A stretch of 58,397 nt of DNA, from the NCBI GenBank assembly GCA_001771935.1, contig MERD01000040.1:48058-106454 (forward strand), given 5' to 3'. Shown here piece after piece: positions 54,410 to 58,397 of the stretch. Position 1 is the stretch's first letter, and each line of letters opens with the position of its first letter. A model generated the notes under the pieces. It saw nothing but the letters and a program-made list of their open reading frames with translations. It made no database searches and was not told the origin of the DNA. The DNA is from Betaproteobacteria bacterium RIFCSPLOWO2_02_FULL_67_26. Lineage in GTDB: Bacteria > Pseudomonadota > Gammaproteobacteria > Burkholderiales > SG8-41. Made by a program: the position numbers and the translations under genes.

Positions 54410-54709
54410 ATGACCCGGCCATTGGCATGGAACCTGCAGGAGTATGCGGCAGGAAACAAGACTGCTGCTCTGGAGAATGCCATGGTGATCCATCTGAACG
54501 ACTACCGCAAAGCGAAAACGGTGAAGCCGGCCGTGCAGGCCGGCATCGACGAAGAGGTGCTGTGCGTGAACTGGAACCCGGTGTTCAGCGTGGTTGCCCT
54601 GTCCTGCTACCAGACACCGCAGGAGCTGAGCCCGAACCTGCCCGAGGATTACGCAGCGGTGGAGCCGGCCTTCATCGACCGGGTCTACGCGCTCGCCAGC
54701 CAGATCTGA
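54410..54709 (+). CDS. Hypothetical protein
   Basis: Host-like codons from about VIHLNDYRK onward; followed by a terminator; start uncertain. Confidence 0.55.
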   Translation: MTRPLAWNLQEYAAGNKTAALENAMVIHLNDYRKAKTVKPAVQAGIDEEVLCVNWNPVFSVVALSCYQTPQELSPNLPEDYAAVEPAFIDRVYALASQI

Positions 54710-54728
54710 ATTCTCGTCTCCCCCGGAG

Positions 54729-54765
54729 GCGGGCCGGTGCCTGATTGGCCGGTCCGCTTTTTTTT
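54729..54765 (+). terminator. Rho-independent terminator
   Basis: gcgggccgg...ccggtccgc stem followed by T8. Confidence 0.7.
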
Positions 54766-56891
54766 CAGGCCAGCGCCGCCAGCACGCGATCCCGCGTGAA
54801 CGGCATGTCCCGCAGCCTGACCCCCAGCGCATTGTGGATCGCGTTGGCGATCGCCGCCGCGGTGGGCCCCTGGGTCCCCTCGCCCGCGCCCAGCGGCGGC
54901 AGTTCGGGCCGGTTGACGATGGTCACTTCCACCTGCGGCGACTCCTCGAAGGTCAGTATCGGGTAGTCGTCCCAGTTGCTGGTCAGGATGCGGCTGCGGT
55001 CGTAGCGGACCGCCTCCTTGAGCGCCCAGCTCACGGTCTGGATGATGCCGCCTTCCGTCTGGTTGATGATGCCGTCCGGGTTGATCACGAGGCCGGCGTC
55101 GATCGCCGCCCACGCGCGCCTGACGGAGAGTTCGTTGCCGGCCTCGATTTCGACGATCACCGCGACGTAGCAGGCGCCATTCTTGTAGCGCGCGAAACCG
55201 ATGCCGCGGCCGCGCGCGCCGTCACCCTTTTCGCCCTTGCGCCACCCCGCTTTCGCGGCGACGGTCTCGATCACGGCCCGCGCGCGCGCATCCTTCAGGT
55301 GGCGCAGGCGGAACTCGACCGGGTCGGCGCCTGCGGCAGCGGCCAGCTCGTCCATGAACGATTCGATGGCGAATACGTTGGCCGTGGCGCCCAGCGCGCG
55401 CAGTGCCGAGACCCGCACCGGCATGCGCTTCACCAGCCGGTTGGTGACCCGCTCATTCGGGAATTCGTAGATCGGGATGGCATTACGGTGGCTGCCGCCG
55501 CCGGGCAGCGGCGGATTGCGCGGGGGCGATGGCGGATGCGGTCGCGCGAGGTGCCATGCCGCGAGCAGGTTGACGCCGCCCAGCCCGTTGGGACGCGTGC
55601 TGTGCGAGTTGCTCCAGATATCCTCGGTCCAGTTGACGACGTTGCCCTGCGTGTCGAGGCCGGCCTTGAGCTTCACCACCATTGCCGGGCCGTACGGCTC
55701 CCAGTTGAATTCGTCCTCCCGCGTCCATTGGACCCGCACCGGCCGCCCGGGGACGGCGCGCGCGAGCAGCACGGCGTCGAGCGCGGCGTCGTCCGCCCCG
55801 TTGTGGCCATAGCAGCCCGCGCCATCCATATGAATTGCAGTGATGCAATTCTCCTCGACACCCAGCACACCGGCCAGGTCGCGGCGCAGCGGAAAGATGC
55901 CCTGACTGTGCGTCCACACCGTGCAACGATCCGGGTCGAAGCGCGCCACGGCGCAAGACGGCCCGATGGAAGCGTGGGCGATATAGGGCCGCGTATATTC
56001 CGCGTCGAGCGTCTTCGCGGCGCGTGCCCCGGCTGCCGCATCCTGTTTCTCGCTGATAACCTGGTCCTCGGTCACCTCCCGCAGCAGGAAACGCGGGTCG
56101 GGCGTCTCCGGCAGGACGGTGGATTCCTCCCAGCGCGCGATGCGCTTGAGGCGCGTGAGCGCCCGTATGGCCTGCTCCTCCCGCCCGGCGATGACCCCGA
56201 GGAAGCTGCCGTCGCGCACCACGGCGACCACGCCCGGCAGCGCGCGCACCTCGGCTTCGTCGAGCCCGGCGAGCCGCGCGTCGTAGCTTGGTGGGCGGGC
56301 GACACGGCCATGCAGCATGCCCGGCAAGTCGAGGTCGTGGACGTAGATCGGCGCCCCGCTCACCTTGGCCGGAATGTCGCGCCGCGGAGCGGGGCTGCCG
56401 ATAATGGTGTGGAGCGAAGCGGGCTTGGGCGCGATGTCGCCGGTCGCCTCGCGCGCGAGGAGATCGTCGGTCGCGATTTCCCAGTACGTGACGCTGCCGC
56501 CGGAGCGGGCCTTCACCACGCCGTCGGCCACCGAGAGCTGCTCGAGCGATACGCCGAGGCGAGCGGCGGCGCGCTGCAGGAGCAGGTCCCGCGCCTCAGC
56601 CGCCGCGTAGCGCAGCGCGGCGCCGCCGTCGGTGATGGACTGGCTGCCGGAAGTCATCCCCTCGTCCGGGCTGTAGGTGGTATCGGCCGGCGCGAGCCGG
56701 ATGCGCTCGAGGGCAACGTCGAGCTCCTCGGCCACGATCTGCGCGAGCGCGGTCAGGATCCCCTGCCCGATCTCGACCTTGCCCGGAAACGCCGTGACCG
56801 TTCCGTCGCGGTTGATCTTCAGCCAGCGATCGAGCCGGCGGTTGGTGTTGAGGTTGCCGGGCAGCTTGCGGGGTGCTGGGGTTTGACTCAT
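54765..56891 (-). CDS. Xanthine dehydrogenase-family molybdopterin-binding subunit (nicotinate dehydrogenase B-like)
   Basis: GKVEIGQGI, TSGSQS, GAGCYGHNGADD, LRALGA, GAGE...AAAIANAI; start reassigned to MSQTP. Confidence 0.9.
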   Translation of the reverse strand: MSQTPAPRKLPGNLNTNRRLDRWLKINRDGTVTAFPGKVEIGQGILTALAQIVAEELDVALERIRLAPADTTYSPDEGMTSGSQSITDGGAALRYAAAEARDLLLQRAAARLGVSLEQLSVADGVVKARSGGSVTYWEIATDDLLAREATGDIAPKPASLHTIIGSPAPRRDIPAKVSGAPIYVHDLDLPGMLHGRVARPPSYDARLAGLDEAEVRALPGVVAVVRDGSFLGVIAGREEQAIRALTRLKRIARWEESTVLPETPDPRFLLREVTEDQVISEKQDAAAGARAAKTLDAEYTRPYIAHASIGPSCAVARFDPDRCTVWTHSQGIFPLRRDLAGVLGVEENCITAIHMDGAGCYGHNGADDAALDAVLLARAVPGRPVRVQWTREDEFNWEPYGPAMVVKLKAGLDTQGNVVNWTEDIWSNSHSTRPNGLGGVNLLAAWHLARPHPPSPPRNPPLPGGGSHRNAIPIYEFPNERVTNRLVKRMPVRVSALRALGATANVFAIESFMDELAAAAGADPVEFRLRHLKDARARAVIETVAAKAGWRKGEKGDGARGRGIGFARYKNGACYVAVIVEIEAGNELSVRRAWAAIDAGLVINPDGIINQTEGGIIQTVSWALKEAVRYDRSRILTSNWDDYPILTFEESPQVEVTIVNRPELPPLGAGEGTQGPTAAAIANAIHNALGVRLRDMPFTRDRVLAALA

Positions 56892-57358
56892 TTCGCGATT
56901 TCCTTCGCCGCGCGGTGGATGGCGCGCAGGATTCTCTGGTGCGTGCCGCACCGGCACAGGTTGCCCTTGAGGGCGGTGCGAATTTCCGCGTCCGAGGGGC
57001 GGGAATGGGTGTCGAGCAGGGCCTTGGCGGCCATGATGATCCCGGTCACGCAATAGCCGCACTGCGCCGCCTGCTCGTCGATGAAGGCCTGCTGCAACGG
57101 GTGCAGCTTGCCGTCCGGCGCGAGCCCCTCGATCGTGGTTACCGCCTTGCCCGCCGCCGCCGACAGCGGGAAGTCGCACGACTGGACCGGCTTTCCATCC
57201 ACCAGCACCGTGCACGCGCCGCACTGGCCGAGGCCGCAGCCGAAGCGGGCGCCCTTCAGCTTGAGATCGTTGCGCAGGATGTAGAGCAGCGGTGTGTCGG
57301 GCTCCGCCGCGACCGAGTGGCTCTTTCCATTTACCTGGATCGTCGTCGTCACACTCAT
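56888..57358 (-). CDS. 2Fe-2S subunit of Mo-hydroxylase
   Basis: GCGLGQCGACTV, QCGYC, NLCRCG. Confidence 0.93.
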   Translation of the reverse strand: MSVTTTIQVNGKSHSVAAEPDTPLLYILRNDLKLKGARFGCGLGQCGACTVLVDGKPVQSCDFPLSAAAGKAVTTIEGLAPDGKLHPLQQAFIDEQAAQCGYCVTGIIMAAKALLDTHSRPSDAEIRTALKGNLCRCGTHQRILRAIHRAAKEIAK

Positions 57359-57524
57359 CCTTCAGTCCGGCGCGTGCCGGGCTTATCAAGAAAAAACAGC
57401 AGCTTATTTATTTGCCTCTGTAACCGGGACGGTCCCATGCGGCGACGCCCGGCTCCAGGCTCGTTTTTTTAAATGTTTAGGTCTATACTAAAACGCGTCT
57501 ACGTTGGCATGGAGGAAGCCGCCC

Positions 57525-57734
57525 ATGATACATACCGCCGACGTCGAGGGTCTCAAGCAAAAGATTCACCAGTTGCATATAGAGCACCGAGACCTCGATG
57601 ACGTCATCTCCCGCTTGTCGCACAGCCACGCCCAGGACCAGATCCAGTTGCAGCGCCTCAAGAAACGCAAGCTCTTCCTGAAAGACCAGATCGCGATGCT
57701 CGAGCGCCAGCTCGAGCCCGATATCCCCGCCTAG
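57525..57734 (+). CDS. YdcH/DUF465 family protein
   Basis: EHRDLD...LQRLKKRKL.LKDQI; SD ggagg. Confidence 0.85.
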   Translation: MIHTADVEGLKQKIHQLHIEHRDLDDVISRLSHSHAQDQIQLQRLKKRKLFLKDQIAMLERQLEPDIPA

Positions 57735-57764
57735 CCCCGTTCCGGGATTCCACGTCCCGGAACC

Positions 57765-58292
57765 TCATGCCCCGGCCCGCGCGCGCTGCAGGCCCAGCAC
57801 GATAAGGTACACGGAGAAGGCACCCAGCAACACGAACCATACCAGCGACCAGCCGGCGATGGTGAGTCCCAGGAACTTCCAGCCGGCCTCGGCGCACTGC
57901 CCGCTGCCGGCCAGGATCTTCTCGAGCGCCTGCCCCAGCGGAAACTTTCTGAACGTGAATTCCAGCCCGGGCCCGCATTCCGGCACCCGGTCTGGCGGCA
58001 GGTGCTGCAGCCAGACGTGGCGGCCGGCGATTGCCGCGCCGATTCCCGCCGTCGCCGTCAGTAGCCCACCGTAGACCAGTGCACCCACGCGTCCCGGCCC
58101 GTGCAAAGCCGCAACCAGGAACCAGGCCATCAGCGCCAGGTATACCGTGCGCTGCAGGATGCACAGCGGGCACGGGTCCTGGTACTCGTAGTACTGAAGG
58201 TAAAGGGCGAACCCGATCAGCCCGGCGCAGGCGAGGAAGCCGAGCGCGTAGCCCAGTCGCGGCATCAAAGGTAGGCCGGCAATCGTCCGCAT
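57765..58292 (-). CDS. dsbB: Disulfide bond formation protein B
   Basis: PCPLCILQR, CGPGL, GSGQC; four TM segments. Confidence 0.92.
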   Translation of the reverse strand: MRTIAGLPLMPRLGYALGFLACAGLIGFALYLQYYEYQDPCPLCILQRTVYLALMAWFLVAALHGPGRVGALVYGGLLTATAGIGAAIAGRHVWLQHLPPDRVPECGPGLEFTFRKFPLGQALEKILAGSGQCAEAGWKFLGLTIAGWSLVWFVLLGAFSVYLIVLGLQRARAGA

Positions 58293-58352
58293 GCGGCGTA
58301 AGTTTACCCAATCCCGGTTGTGCGGCGCGATAGCGCGCCGTACACTCGGTTC

Positions 58353-58397
58353 ATGATCACCGTGGCGCCCGGCGTCGCGCTCGACGAGAGCGAGATC
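58353..58397 (+). CDS. 5' end of probable alternative ribosome-rescue factor ArfB/YaeJ (partial)
   Basis: MITVAPGVALDESEI resembles the ArfB N-terminus; only 15 codons are visible. Confidence 0.45.
   Translation, partial: MITVAPGVALDESEI

Noticed and set aside
54765-57389. 874-aa Mo-enzyme with N-terminal extension
   Set aside because: The extension is an alternate frame of the 2Fe-2S gene; the true start at 56891 overlaps that gene's stop

Overview
High-GC (Betaproteobacteria-like) chromosomal window. It carries mostly metabolic and transport genes: TctABC, Bug receptors, aldo/keto reductases, an E1a/E1b/E2 plus M24-peptidase catabolic cluster, a Mo-hydroxylase and dsbB. A visibly lower-GC island at ~35.1-48.7 kb, all on the minus strand, looks like a split, Sec-exported Rhs toxin system. 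(i) One signal-peptide-bearing Rhs/YD-repeat 'shell' gene (43713-47567) stops just before the Rhs core and ends in an Ig-like domain plus a short hydrophobic tail. (ii) Five tandem genes each carry their own signal peptide, the missing Rhs core/autoprotease and a different toxin tip, and each is followed by an immunity gene. (iii) Seven small secreted two-Cys proteins flank these and resemble AB5-toxin B subunits by sequence pattern. Features missed by the ORF track include two adjacent in-frame UGA (probable selenocysteine) genes at 8622-10594, a truncated RAYT/IS200-like transposase beside a TA pair, a marC-like 3' remnant at the island edge, a tandem palindromic operator and a DnaA-box cluster. 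All family calls come from motif recognition by eye; no database searches were run.
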